Shown: positions 45,797 to 55,575, counted from the stretch's first letter. The stretch is 64,000 bases of DNA from Candidatus Gastranaerophilales bacterium (GCA_947588755.1 CANPZB010000002.1:7954-71953); one strand, 5' to 3'. Notes: a model not told the origin generated them from the letters alone. Made by a program: numbers and translations.

Positions 45797-46734
45797 CCGA
45801 CGAAATGTTTTATGTAAAATTCCGTGAAAGGTTTGTTGAAAAACCCGTACAGCTTAACATCACTCATTTTTAACGCTTTATTTTTCAAACACTGCACTGC
45901 TATCATCCTGCTTTTCGGGTCAAAATCGACTATTTCACCGACTTTATCACTGATATTTTTGTATATTTCCAGTTTATAAGGATTAGGTATAAAAAATTTA
46001 TTTTTATAAGCGAAATAACATGGCAGCCACGGGTGAAAAGCCCTTATTCGTGCCGATATTTTTTCGGCAGTTTCGGTTTCAAAATCAAGCATCATATCTT
46101 CCCGCTTTATGTTCGGGTAGTAAGAAGCTTTGTTTTCGTCCTGCCTGATAGGTATAACAAGCCCGTTTTCAAGATTTTTAAGAGTTTCGGCACACAAAAG
46201 CCTTGCATTATGTACAGTTCGCTCTTTTAATTCTTTTGAAGTGTCAGCGGGCAGAATATCAATTTCTTTTCTTAATAAAATATTTCCCGTATCAAAGTTT
46301 TCATCCATCAGGTGAAAAGTTATTCCTGACTTTACTTCCCCGTTCAATATATTTTGTAAGTAAGGATTAGGTCCTCTGTATGCCGGAAGATATGACGGAT
46401 GAACATTTATTGAGGCTATAACGGGAAGATTAATGACCTCTTTTTTTAATTTTTCTTTCCATGTGCCGACAAGTATTATATCAGCGTTAAGTTTTAAAAT
46501 TTCTTTTTTAAATTTGTCACTATTGGCGGATTTGCATTTTATTTCATGAAGTTTGTATTGTTTAATCAACGTATAGTCGTGAGATGTCTTGAAAAAATCA
46601 TGTATCATTAATTTGAAAGGTGAACAGGCAGTTCTTTCGTATCTGAAAACCCCGACAATGCTGTTTCCCGAATCTAAAGTTCCTTCTATCAGATTTGCAA
46701 GCATTTCGCCTTTACCTAAAATCACAACTTTCAT
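45793..46734 (-). CDS. formyltransferase family protein (Fmt/ArnA-like paralogue)
   Basis: INVHPSYLPAYRGPNPY and HLMDENFDTGNIL blocks. Distinct from the bona fide fmt at 36563. Confidence 0.7.
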   Translation of the reverse strand: MKVVILGKGEMLANLIEGTLDSGNSIVGVFRYERTACSPFKLMIHDFFKTSHDYTLIKQYKLHEIKCKSANSDKFKKEILKLNADIILVGTWKEKLKKEVINLPVIASINVHPSYLPAYRGPNPYLQNILNGEVKSGITFHLMDENFDTGNILLRKEIDILPADTSKELKERTVHNARLLCAETLKNLENGLVIPIRQDENKASYYPNIKREDMMLDFETETAEKISARIRAFHPWLPCYFAYKNKFFIPNPYKLEIYKNISDKVGEIVDFDPKSRMIAVQCLKNKALKMSDVKLYGFFNKPFTEFYIKHFVG

Positions 46735-46752
46735 AATTTCTCCTTAAGACGG

Positions 46753-47205
46753 TTAATATTTTATTTTAGATGCTCTGTCCATTTCTCTTTGTTGAGTTTT
46801 TTTAGCTATATCATCGCGTTTATCGTGAATTTTCTTACCTTTTGCAAGTGCAATTTCCAATTTGGCAAAACCGTTTACTATAAAAATTTCCAGCGGAATT
46901 ATCGTATATCCGTCTTTTTTAATTTTACCGAGCATTTTAAGTATTTCTTTTTTATTCAGAAGCAGTTTTCTGACCCTTTCGGCTTCGTGGTTAAACCTGT
47001 TTCCCTGCTCATAGGGGGATATATGGCAGTTATACAGAAAAATTTCACCGTCCTCAATCTTGCAAAAACTGTCTTTGAGATTTACGGCATTTTTTCTGAT
47101 TGATTTTATTTCCGTACCCGTCAGAACAATTCCCGCAACATATTTTTCATAAACGGTAAAGTCGTGGAACGCTTTTCGGTTTGTGGTTATAACTTTTTTA
47201 TCCAT
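46753..47205 (-). CDS. smpB: SsrA-binding protein SmpB
   Basis: NRKAFHDFTVYEKYVAGIVLTGTEIKSIR signature. 150 aa with a basic tail. Confidence 0.95.
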   Translation of the reverse strand: MDKKVITTNRKAFHDFTVYEKYVAGIVLTGTEIKSIRKNAVNLKDSFCKIEDGEIFLYNCHISPYEQGNRFNHEAERVRKLLLNKKEILKMLGKIKKDGYTIIPLEIFIVNGFAKLEIALAKGKKIHDKRDDIAKKTQQREMDRASKIKY

Positions 47206-47252
47206 AAGCGAATTATAACACAGTTTTCGTTAAAACAAAAAATTAACGTCAG

Positions 47253-48218
47253 CTAACTGTCATAAAGAAAACACCTTACCGTGTGTGCGGGTGAAATCTC
47301 TGTACCGAAAGGCACCTGTTGTCTGCATTTTTCCATTGCATAGGGACATCTTGTATGGAATTTACATCCGTCGGGCAGGTTTGCAGGTGAGGGTAAATCG
47401 CCTTTTAATATAATCTTTTCCGAATTGTTTTTGGTAATTTGCGGTGCGGAACTCAAAAGTGCTTTTGTATACGGGTGTTTAGGGGTTTTGAATATTTTTT
47501 CCGTAAGACCGTATTCGACAATTTCTCCCAGATACATAACGGCAACCCTGTCTGCCAGATACTTAATAACGCTTAAATCATGTGTAATTAACAGAAAAGT
47601 AAGATTGCATTTTTCTTTGAGTTCTTTTATCAGGTTAATTATTTGTGCCTGTATACTTACATCTAAGGCACTTACAGGCTCATCCGCAAGTATAAATTCG
47701 GGATTAAGCATTAAAGCACGCGTAATTGCAATTCTCTGCCTTTGCCCGCCCGAAAACTCGTGCGGATACATTTTCAGACAGCTTTCATCAAGTCCCGTGA
47801 GGATTAATTTTTCTTTTATTGTCTTTTCAATGTCGCAAATCCCTAAATCGGTGTTGATTTTAAGCGGTTCGGCAAGTGTTTCAAAAATAGTCATTTTGGG
47901 GTTTAAGCTTGAATACGGGTTTTGAAATACCATTTGTGCTTTTTGTTTGTAATTTTTAAGTTCGGGTTTTGTCATTTTAAAAATATTTTGGTTCTTAAAA
48001 AATATTTCTCCCGAAGCTGTCGGTACAAGCTGTAATATTGCTTTTGCAAGTGTCGATTTACCGCATCCGGATTCACCTGCAACGGCAAAAATTTCACCTT
48101 GTTTTATCGTTAATGATACTCCGTTTACCGCATAAATATTGGTAGGTTTACCAAAAACACCCTTTGATGTCTTATAAGTTACGTTTAGTCCTCGTACCTT
48201 GATTAAATCTTCACTCAT
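47253..48218 (-). CDS. oligopeptide/dipeptide-type ABC transporter ATP-binding protein (OppF/DppF-like), orphan
   Basis: Walker A GESGCGKST, signature SGGQRQR, Walker B ILADEP, and the C-terminal Opp-type extension CKFHTRCPYAMEKC. ATG 48218 preferred over TTG 48224. Confidence 0.85.
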   Translation of the reverse strand: MSEDLIKVRGLNVTYKTSKGVFGKPTNIYAVNGVSLTIKQGEIFAVAGESGCGKSTLAKAILQLVPTASGEIFFKNQNIFKMTKPELKNYKQKAQMVFQNPYSSLNPKMTIFETLAEPLKINTDLGICDIEKTIKEKLILTGLDESCLKMYPHEFSGGQRQRIAITRALMLNPEFILADEPVSALDVSIQAQIINLIKELKEKCNLTFLLITHDLSVIKYLADRVAVMYLGEIVEYGLTEKIFKTPKHPYTKALLSSAPQITKNNSEKIILKGDLPSPANLPDGCKFHTRCPYAMEKCRQQVPFGTEISPAHTVRCFLYDS

Positions 48219-48334
48219 AAACAAAGTTTATATTAATTCATTACTAATTACAACTGCATAAAAGGATTATTATAAATATATTAATATAAATTTTATAACA
48301 ATGTTTTAGAACTTATGCGTAAATGCCGATACGT

Positions 48335-48550
48335 TCAATTATTCTTTTTCTCAATAAATTCAAGATTATACCCGAGAATATCCGCTATAATATACGCTTC
48401 TTCAAGAGTCAGCCTGTTTAATCTGAGTTTATGAGATATTTTTTGAAAATTATAAGGCTTACCTGTTTTTTCAGACATAAGCTGTGCCAATTTCGTTATC
48501 GTAACGCATTTTAAAGCCAGTAGTGATTTTATTTTTTCTCTTATTTGCAT
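48335..48550 (-). CDS. small helix-turn-helix DNA-binding protein
   Basis: 71 aa. VTITKLAQLMSEKTGKP.. resembles an XRE/Cro-like HTH. Divergent from the pilin-like gene. Confidence 0.55.
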   Translation of the reverse strand: MQIREKIKSLLALKCVTITKLAQLMSEKTGKPYNFQKISHKLRLNRLTLEEAYIIADILGYNLEFIEKKNN

Positions 48551-48568
48551 GTCTTGATTATAAAATTG

Positions 48569-48597
48569 TTGACTTTTACGGCATAATAATATATTAT
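48569..48597 (+). promoter_or_regulatory. sigma-70-type promoter candidate for pilin-like gene 48679
   Basis: TTGACT (48569-48574), a 17-nt spacer, then TATTAT (48592-48597). Confidence 0.4.
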
Positions 48598-48678
48598 TTA
48601 ATTATTATTTTAATTAAATCATCAAAATAGTAATTAAATATTTAAGAAAGGAAGGACACATGAAAGAAGGAATTAAAA

Positions 48679-49347
48679 ATGAAAGAAGGAAAAACCGCAT
48701 TTACTTTGGCTGAAGTTTTAATTTCTTTCGGGATAATTATTATTGTTTTATTAATTACAATACCTGGTTTTTTGCAAAAATATACCGAAAAAGCCACGGT
48801 AGCTAAAGTTAAAAATATTAACTCTCTTTTAAATCAAATATATTTATCGTATAAAACCGATAAAAGCAAGTTTAGACATTTAAAGAACAATTCGGGAAGT
48901 GCATATATTTTTTTTAATAAATTTAAAAATAATTTAAAAATTAATAATGATTGCGGTACAAAAGTTCAGTATAAAGGCGAAAATTGTTATCATTCGTTTA
49001 ATATCAATTCGCAAGAATATTATATGGTTTTGTTCAAGGATGGTTCATTTCTTACTTTTCAGGACAGTACATCCGATAAAGATTCATTATTTGAAATAGT
49101 TTACGATGTTAACGGAAATGGTTTTCCTAATAAGTTCGGTAAAGATTTGTTTAAATTTGGTATTAAAGCCGATAATACCGTTATTGAACCGTATGGTTCA
49201 GGCAAAGACTTAAAAAAGGAATGTATTGAAAAATTAGATACAAACCGCGGTTGGTCTTGCACCGCGTGGGTTGTTTATAACGAAAACATGGACTATTTGC
49301 ATTGTGATGATTTAAGCTGGGACGGGAAACATAAATGTTCAGACTAA
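48679..49347 (+). CDS. type IV pilin-like / pseudopilin protein
   Basis: MKEGKTAFTLAEVLISFGIIIIVLLITIPG prepilin-type N-terminus. VYDVNGNGFPNKFGKDLF block shared with the other two pilin-like genes. Cys-rich C-terminus. Confidence 0.8.
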   Translation: MKEGKTAFTLAEVLISFGIIIIVLLITIPGFLQKYTEKATVAKVKNINSLLNQIYLSYKTDKSKFRHLKNNSGSAYIFFNKFKNNLKINNDCGTKVQYKGENCYHSFNINSQEYYMVLFKDGSFLTFQDSTSDKDSLFEIVYDVNGNGFPNKFGKDLFKFGIKADNTVIEPYGSGKDLKKECIEKLDTNRGWSCTAWVVYNENMDYLHCDDLSWDGKHKCSD

Positions 49348-49459
49348 AACCGTGTTGCAGGGTAAAAAAAAGGAAGGTAAGCATAAGTGTTCAGACTAAA
49401 ACTGTCAGAGCGGGCTACGTGCGTAGCACTGGGACGGGAAACATAAATGTTCAGACTAA
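49317..49459. repeat. direct repeats of the pilin gene 3' end, plus 18-nt palindrome shared with the other pilin locus
   Basis: The 31-mer CTGGGACGGGAAACATAAATGTTCAGACTAA occurs at 49317-49347 (gene end and stop) and again at 49429-49459, with a partial copy at 49381-49402. GGGCTACGTGCGTAGCAC at 49412-49429 is identical to 31547-31564. Confidence 0.9.
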
Positions 49460-49482
49460 GCCTGTGTAAAAGCACAATGTTG

Positions 49483-49518
49483 TGAAAAAGTGAGAAGTGA
49501 GAAGTGAAAGGTGAAAAG
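49483..49518. repeat. short tandem heptamer repeat GTGA(G/A)A(A/G)
   Basis: GTGAAAAA GTGAGAA GTGAGAA GTGAAAG GTGAAAAG. Confidence 0.8.
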
Positions 49519-49583
49519 ACCGTATCGGCACTGCGTGCAAAATATTTTTAGTTTGTATTGTGTCGTTATGTTGCAGGACATTA

Positions 49584-50339
49584 CTATTCAATTTCGTAGT
49601 CAATATGAAATTTTTTAAACAGACCGTTAAAAAAGTCTTTATTTTTCAAAACATCATCTTTTTTCAAAACCATGTCAAAACCGCCTGTTGATATTTGATA
49701 GTCGTTGTTTTTATGTAATTTATGTTTGATTACATTCGTGCAATATTCATAAATAATTTCATTACCTTCATTTATGCTTTCTTTAGAATTTTTTTCGTGT
49801 CTGTTAAGCCAGTTTTCCGCCTTATTAACTATTTTTTCAAATCTGTTATCACCTTTGCGGCATAAAATATTATATGTAATAAAACCTGCGATATTATCGG
49901 GGTCTTGGATTATCGGTTTAAATTTAAACATGGTGTGAAAATATACCGCTTGCCCCAGTGAATTCAGTTCAAGTTTATTAATATCATTTTCAAGCATTGT
50001 TATTATTTGTCCGAGTCTCATTGCACTGCCCGCTCCGCTGTGCTTTTTGCGTTCCGATAAAACCCTTATATCCGTATTTCTGAGAATATCTTTATATTTT
50101 ATTAAATTACTTTTGCCTATTTCTATGTAATTGTTGTCATTTACGTTAATATTAAATTCTCTTTCAGGCATAGGTGAATAAAAATCGCACATTACGCGAT
50201 ATTCGCGGTATTTATCTGAAAATTCATCCGCCTTTACTTTACAGTGAATTTCATCAAAAAAATTCATCTTATTTATTTTTATAAGCGGGATTTTTTGAAA
50301 AGATATTGAATTGCGATTTTTATAATTGTTAATTATCAT
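49584..50339 (-). CDS. hypothetical protein, possibly GNAT-like fold
   Basis: 251-aa ORF. KHSGAGSAMRLG resembles GNAT motif A (R/Q-x-x-G-x-G/A) and is followed by QAVYFHTMFKF. Weak evidence. Confidence 0.45.
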   Translation of the reverse strand: MIINNYKNRNSISFQKIPLIKINKMNFFDEIHCKVKADEFSDKYREYRVMCDFYSPMPEREFNINVNDNNYIEIGKSNLIKYKDILRNTDIRVLSERKKHSGAGSAMRLGQIITMLENDINKLELNSLGQAVYFHTMFKFKPIIQDPDNIAGFITYNILCRKGDNRFEKIVNKAENWLNRHEKNSKESINEGNEIIYEYCTNVIKHKLHKNNDYQISTGGFDMVLKKDDVLKNKDFFNGLFKKFHIDYEIE

Positions 50340-50444
50340 TGTGTATTTTGTAAAACTCGTAAATTTAAAAAATTGCTATATATTTTTTTTTAAAGTATAA
50401 TGATTTTGAGTTTAAAATAATAATGATTAAGGGATATAAAATAT

Positions 50445-51311
50445 ATGACAGTTCAAGATTGGTTTGAAAAGCGAAAACAAGCTCAAATTCAACGCAGAGA
50501 GTTGGAAGCCAGAGCGGAAGTTGAACCTAATCCCGATTTGTGGATAAAATGCGTTCACTGTGATGCTCAGCTTTTAAAAGAAGATTTGAAAAATAACAAC
50601 ATGGTTTGTCCTATATGTGATTATCATTTCAGAATAAATGCAAGAACACGTATTGCACAGTTGTTTGACGAAAATTCTTTTGAAGAAATGTTTAACGAAA
50701 TAAAGCCTGCCGACCCGTTGAAATTTACCGATACGGAAAGTTACAAAGACAGACTTAAACGTGCAAATGAAAAAACGGGACTTGACGAAGCTGTTATAAC
50801 CGGTGTAGCTTCCATTAAAGGGCATAAAGTAGCGACTGCTGTAATGGATTTTGATTACATGGGCGGTTCAATGGGCAGTGTTGTCGGGGAAAAAGTTACA
50901 CAAATAATGGAAAAAGCAATAGAATTAAGACTTCCCGTACTGGCTATTACTTCGTCAGGCGGGGCAAGAATGCAGGAAAGTGCTTTAAGCTTAATGCAAA
51001 TGGCAAAAACATCCTGTGCGGTTTCCCGTTTGGACGAAGAAGGTATTTTGTATATAAATTTATTGACAGAGCCTACTTTTGGCGGTGTAACGGCAAGTTT
51101 CGGTATGCTGGGTGATATTATTGTAGCGGAACAAGGTGCAAGAATAGGTTTTGCAGGCAGACGTGTAATTGAACAAACCATAAGACAAAAATTACCGTCT
51201 GATTTCCAAACTGCCGAATATCTTTTGAAATACGGGCAGGTTGACATTGTTTCATCTCGGAAAGACTTGCGGGATACTCTGGCAGGTATTTTGGAAATGC
51301 ATTCAATGTGA
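50445..51311 (+). CDS. accD: acetyl-CoA carboxylase carboxyltransferase subunit beta
   Basis: Zinc ribbon CVHCDAQL..CPICDYHFR. GGSMGSVVGEK and SSGGARMQE blocks. Confidence 0.95.
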   Translation: MTVQDWFEKRKQAQIQRRELEARAEVEPNPDLWIKCVHCDAQLLKEDLKNNNMVCPICDYHFRINARTRIAQLFDENSFEEMFNEIKPADPLKFTDTESYKDRLKRANEKTGLDEAVITGVASIKGHKVATAVMDFDYMGGSMGSVVGEKVTQIMEKAIELRLPVLAITSSGGARMQESALSLMQMAKTSCAVSRLDEEGILYINLLTEPTFGGVTASFGMLGDIIVAEQGARIGFAGRRVIEQTIRQKLPSDFQTAEYLLKYGQVDIVSSRKDLRDTLAGILEMHSM

Positions 51312-51342
51312 TTATTTCGTAATAATATGAGGTAAAATTATA

Positions 51343-52296
51343 ATGACGGCAATTTTAGATTTTGAAAAACCTATAGCGGAAATTCAGGAAAAAATTGAAG
51401 AATTAAAAAAAATAAGTATGGAGTCAGGTATGGATTTAAGCAAAGAAATTGATACATTTGAGCAGCAGGCTAACGATTATCGCAAAGATTTATATGCTAA
51501 TCTGAAACCTTCTCAAAAACTGCAAATCGCCAGACATCCCGAAAGACCCAATTTCCTAGACTATGTTAACTGTATCTGTGAAGATTTTATAGAACTCCAC
51601 GGTGACAGAGAAGGCATGGATGACAGAGCCATTATCGGCGGGTTGGCAAAAATTAACGGGAAACCGATTATGATTATCGGTACCATGAAAGGTAAATCTA
51701 CCAAAGAAAATTTGGAATATAATTTCGGCATGCCGCAGCCTCAGGGCTACAGAAAAGCTTTAAGACTTTTCAAACATGCAGACAAATTCAATATTCCGGT
51801 TGTAACTTTAATTGATACCCCCGGAGCATATCCCGGTATAAGTGCCGAAGAAACAAATCAAGGCGGTGCTATTGCTGTTAATTTGCGTGAAATGGCAAAA
51901 CTCGGCGTGCCGGTTATTGCTATAATTACGGGTGAAGGCTGTTCAGGCGGTGCTTTGGGACTTGCCGTGGCAAACAAAGTTTATCTTTTGGAACATGCTT
52001 ATTACACGGTTATTTCTCCCGAAGGTTGTGCATCTATCCTGTGGCGTGATGCAACTAAGGCTTCCGAAGCCGCTAAAGCATTGAAAATTACCGCTAAAGA
52101 CCTCTTAAAATTCGATATTATCGACGGTGAAATTAAAGAACCCGTAGGAGGTGCTCATACCGATTATAAAGCCGTGTCGGCAAGTATGAAGAAAATTATT
52201 GTGAAGTGCTTGAACGAACTTTCAAAACTCTCTAAAGATGAATTAAAAAAACAGCGTTATGAAAAATTCAGAAATATGGGAGTCTTTTTACGGTAA
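51343..52296 (+). CDS. accA: acetyl-CoA carboxylase carboxyltransferase subunit alpha
   Basis: LDFEKPIAEI.., ARHPERPNFLDY, IDTPGAYPGI, GEGCSGGALG. Confidence 0.95.
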   Translation: MTAILDFEKPIAEIQEKIEELKKISMESGMDLSKEIDTFEQQANDYRKDLYANLKPSQKLQIARHPERPNFLDYVNCICEDFIELHGDREGMDDRAIIGGLAKINGKPIMIIGTMKGKSTKENLEYNFGMPQPQGYRKALRLFKHADKFNIPVVTLIDTPGAYPGISAEETNQGGAIAVNLREMAKLGVPVIAIITGEGCSGGALGLAVANKVYLLEHAYYTVISPEGCASILWRDATKASEAAKALKITAKDLLKFDIIDGEIKEPVGGAHTDYKAVSASMKKIIVKCLNELSKLSKDELKKQRYEKFRNMGVFLR

Positions 52297-53198
52297 TGGC
52301 AGGTTACTTTGAACTTCAACTGCGTATAAATCCTCAAATTGAAGATGTTGTTTCCGAATTTTGTTTCGCTAATCTTCCGTGCAGAGGCGTTATTCTGGCT
52401 GAAGAAACTTACAAAGATTTGGAAATGATTTCGACTACCGAAGGAACTCTTAAAATCTTTTTAACGTCTGAACCTGATGATTTGGCAAATATATTGCAGG
52501 GCGAACGCAGCCTTCTCAAAACCCGCGGGTTTTCGGATGATGAACTCGGGAGTTGGGAATACTTGATTTCCGACAAGCCTGACGAAGACTGGTCTAAAAA
52601 ATGGAAAGAAAAGTGGGATGTCACTCATGTATCCGAAAAAATAACGGTTGTGCCTGATTGGATTGATTACAAACCGAAAAACAGTAACGAAATTATTATT
52701 AAACTTGAACCGGGGTGTGCATTCGGAACCGGTACGCATCAGACGACTCAGTTATGCATGAAGGCACAAGAAAAATATATGCAAAAATCTTCAAGAATGG
52801 CTGATATAGGAACGGGTTCGGGCATTCTGGCAATTTGTGCCAAAAAACTGGGAGCATCTTATGTTTACGGATGTGACAATGATGAAACCGTTATTGATGT
52901 TGCAAATGAAAATGCACTAAAAAATAACGCCGAATGTACATTTGAACTCAATACGGCTGACAAAATTACCGAAAAATTTGACTTTGTATGTGCAAATATC
53001 CTTCATAATGTTTTGGCTGAAATCATGGGGGATTTAAAAAATATTATGGACAGTAAAGCTATAATGGTTTTATCGGGAATTTTGGATGAAAAGAAACCTG
53101 TCGTTCTTGAAGCACTTCAAAAACACAATTTGGAACTCCTCGGGGAAATGCATCAAGATCAATGGGTTGCTTTAATTGTTAAAAAAATGATTAAATGA
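52296..53198 (+). CDS. prmA: ribosomal protein L11 methyltransferase
   Basis: FGTGTHQTTQLCM and the SAM motif DIGTGSGILAI. The start overlaps the accA stop. Confidence 0.9.
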   Translation: MAGYFELQLRINPQIEDVVSEFCFANLPCRGVILAEETYKDLEMISTTEGTLKIFLTSEPDDLANILQGERSLLKTRGFSDDELGSWEYLISDKPDEDWSKKWKEKWDVTHVSEKITVVPDWIDYKPKNSNEIIIKLEPGCAFGTGTHQTTQLCMKAQEKYMQKSSRMADIGTGSGILAICAKKLGASYVYGCDNDETVIDVANENALKNNAECTFELNTADKITEKFDFVCANILHNVLAEIMGDLKNIMDSKAIMVLSGILDEKKPVVLEALQKHNLELLGEMHQDQWVALIVKKMIK

Positions 53199-53213
53199 TA
53201 AAAAGGAGAAAAC

Positions 53214-53939
53214 ATGTCTAAAACAGCAATAATTATTCCCGCACGCTACGGCTCATCAAGGTTGGAAGGTAAACCGCTTATTGAAGTATGCGGAAAACCG
53301 ATTATTCAATGGGTTTATGAAAAAGCTTTGCTGTCTGAACTTGCTGATATGATTATTGTGGCTACGGATGATAAGAGGATTTTTGATGTCGTAAAAGCTT
53401 TTGGCGGAAATGTCGAAATGACTTCCGTAAATCACAAATGTGGAAGCGACAGGATTGTGGAAGTAATGAAACGACATCCCGAAATCTCTTATGTGGTAAA
53501 TCTTCAAGGGGATGAACCGCTTATAAAGCCGGAAAGTATTGATGAAGTTATAAAAAATGTCAAAAATGATAAAAATGCCGATATATCAACTCTTATCAGA
53601 GAAATTACGGCACAAGAAGCTCAAAATCCTAACCTTGTTAAGTGTATAATCGATAATTTCGGATATGCAATGTATTTTTCACGTGCGGTTATACCTTATG
53701 AGAGAAATAAAAATATTGCAAAATTTTACGGTCACATAGGCATTTACGGTTACAAACGCGAAGCACTGATTAGAATGTCGGAATTAGAACAGTCTGTTTA
53801 TGAAAAATCCGAAAGTTTGGAACAGTTAAGAGCAATTCAAAACGGTATGAAAATTAAAACCTCCGTCGTGGACTTTGTCCCCGTGGGAATTGATACAAAA
53901 GAAGATTTGGAAAAGTTTAAAAAGGAAATGAATAAATAA
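53214..53939 (+). CDS. kdsB: 3-deoxy-manno-octulosonate cytidylyltransferase (CMP-Kdo synthetase)
   Basis: IIPARYGSSRLEGKPL, NLQGDEPL, and LEQLRAIQNG-type blocks. Confidence 0.9.
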   Translation: MSKTAIIIPARYGSSRLEGKPLIEVCGKPIIQWVYEKALLSELADMIIVATDDKRIFDVVKAFGGNVEMTSVNHKCGSDRIVEVMKRHPEISYVVNLQGDEPLIKPESIDEVIKNVKNDKNADISTLIREITAQEAQNPNLVKCIIDNFGYAMYFSRAVIPYERNKNIAKFYGHIGIYGYKREALIRMSELEQSVYEKSESLEQLRAIQNGMKIKTSVVDFVPVGIDTKEDLEKFKKEMNK

Positions 53940-54161
53940 TTATTTCCTTAAAAATAACGTAGGGTTGATATTAAAAATTTTTGAAAGCTTAAACATCATA
54001 TTTAAGCTTATTCTTTCTTTCTTATTTTCCACTCTGCTCACAAATTCTCTGGAACATCCCATTTGTTCCGCGAGTTTTTCCTGTGACATTTTAAATTTGA
54101 GTCGTAATCGTTTTATATTATCAGATATTATATTGTGATATTTATGATTAATTTCTTTCAT
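53940..54161 (-). CDS. XRE-family helix-turn-helix transcriptional regulator
   Basis: 73 aa. IKRLRLKFKMSQEKLAEQMGCSREFVSRVENKK is a typical XRE HTH. Confidence 0.75.
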   Translation of the reverse strand: MKEINHKYHNIISDNIKRLRLKFKMSQEKLAEQMGCSREFVSRVENKKERISLNMMFKLSKIFNINPTLFLRK

Positions 54162-54410
54162 ATATGTATATTAAATCTTTAGATTAAAAATTTTTCTATG
54201 AAGTTGTACATCACATGTATAATTCAATTATGTTGATAATATTAGTTTATTAAATAATATTAAAGAATTAAGAAAAATTTTTGAAAAAATACTTGCATTT
54301 TTTAAGTTATTTAATTAATATATAGTTAACAAAAATTTAGAAAAATAAATATTTTGTAATATATAAAAAGTATATAAGTGTTAGATTATACAAAAATAAA
54401 GGAAAAAACT

Positions 54411-55160
54411 ATGACAGAAAACGCAGAAATTCCAAATGAAACAGATGATCGCCAAAGGATACTTTTAGCTGATGATGAAGCAAGTATCAGACGTATTTTA
54501 GAAACACGTCTAAAGATGGTTGGATATGACGTTTATACTGCTCAGGACGGAGAAGAAGCAATAAACGCATTCAACAAGTATAATCCTGATTTGGTGGTTC
54601 TGGATGTAATGATGCCGAAGGTTGACGGATACGGCGTAACTCGTGAAATCAGAAGAACATCCGATGTGCCGATTATTATATTGACGGCATTGGGTGATGT
54701 TTCCGAAAGAATTACGGGTTTGGAACTTGGTGCAGACGATTATGTAATCAAGCCTTTCAGCCCTAAAGAATTGGAAGCAAGAGTTAAAGCTGTTTTGAGA
54801 CGTACCAACAACAGAGAAACTTCAGCACCGACAGGCAAAGTAACTAAAAATGTTATTACAACAGGTAATATAAAAATTGATACCGCACGTCGTCAGGTGT
54901 TCAGAAAGAACGAAAGAATAAGACTGACCGGAATGGAATTCAGTTTATTGGAACTCCTTGTTAACAATTCGGGTCAAGCATTTTCAAGAAATGAAATATT
55001 ACAGCATGTATGGGCATATCCGCCTGACCACAGAATTGATACGCGTGTTGTAGACGTACACATATCCAGATTACGTTCAAAACTTGAATCTGACCCTGCA
55101 AATCCCGAGTTGATATTAACAGCCCGCGGTATCGGATATATGTTTCAAAGAATAAGCTAG
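54411..55160 (+). CDS. OmpR-family response regulator (cyanobacterial RpaB/Ycf27-like)
   Basis: Receiver ILLADDEASIRRILE..DLVVLDVMMPKVDGYGV..IIILTALGDV..ELGADDYVIKPF. Winged-helix C-domain ..RVVDVHISRLRSKLE..TARGIGY. ATG 54411 preferred over GTG 54378. No adjacent kinase. Confidence 0.85.
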   Translation: MTENAEIPNETDDRQRILLADDEASIRRILETRLKMVGYDVYTAQDGEEAINAFNKYNPDLVVLDVMMPKVDGYGVTREIRRTSDVPIIILTALGDVSERITGLELGADDYVIKPFSPKELEARVKAVLRRTNNRETSAPTGKVTKNVITTGNIKIDTARRQVFRKNERIRLTGMEFSLLELLVNNSGQAFSRNEILQHVWAYPPDHRIDTRVVDVHISRLRSKLESDPANPELILTARGIGYMFQRIS

Positions 55161-55176
55161 AAATTCAATTTTAATT

Positions 55177-55206
55177 AAAAAACCGATATTTAATATCGGT
55201 TTTTTA
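55177..55206 (+). terminator. rho-independent terminator after the response regulator
   Basis: AACCGATAT..ATATCGGTT inverted repeat followed by TTTTT. Confidence 0.65.
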
Positions 55207-55250
55207 ATACTTGATAAAGATATTTTTTGTGTTAATATAAAAATACGGAT

Positions 55251-55327
55251 GGCGTCTGTCGTCAAGCGGTTAAGACCTCGGATTGTGGTTCCGATATGCG
55301 TGGGTTCGAATCCCACCAGACGCCCCA
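55251..55327 (+). tRNA. tRNA-His (anticodon GTG) with encoded G-1 and 3' CCA
   Basis: Hand-folded cloverleaf. Acceptor stem GCGTCTG/CAGACGC, extra 5' G pairing with discriminator C, anticodon stem TCGGA/TCCGA with loop TTGTGGT, T-arm GTGGG-TTCGAAT-CCCAC, terminal CCA. Confidence 0.9.
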
Positions 55328-55329
55328 TT

Positions 55330-55494
55330 TTTAACTTTTTTCCAATATTTTAGCTTATAAAATATCGGAAACAGTTCTATTTTAAGGGTTTCGCCATTAT
55401 AAGACAGGGTTCGGATGCAAGTTTGAATAATCTCTCTTTTTACTTGCGGCTCTGCTAATCTGAACAGTTCGGGTAATTGGTTACAAAATGCCAT
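55330..55494 (-). pseudogene. short ORF fragment reading into the tRNA 3' end, possible remnant of a mobile-element gene
   Basis: Track ORF 55270..55494 has an in-frame stop just upstream of its ATG and runs antisense into the tRNA. The segment LAEPQVKREIIQTCIRTLSYNGETLKIELF vaguely recalls recombinase C-terminal tails. Not verifiable here. Confidence 0.25.
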
Positions 55495-55575
55495 TATTAA
55501 ACTTAAATAGTAAGTTGGAGTTTTTCACCACAATGATAGATTGTTTCACCCATCTTACTTTCTTGAAATTATGCG

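Noticed and set aside
55116-55328. 70-aa minus-strand ORF (MGRLVGFEPTHIG..)
   Set aside because: It is the antisense translation of tRNA-His (GFEPT is the classic T-arm shadow). It is not a gene.
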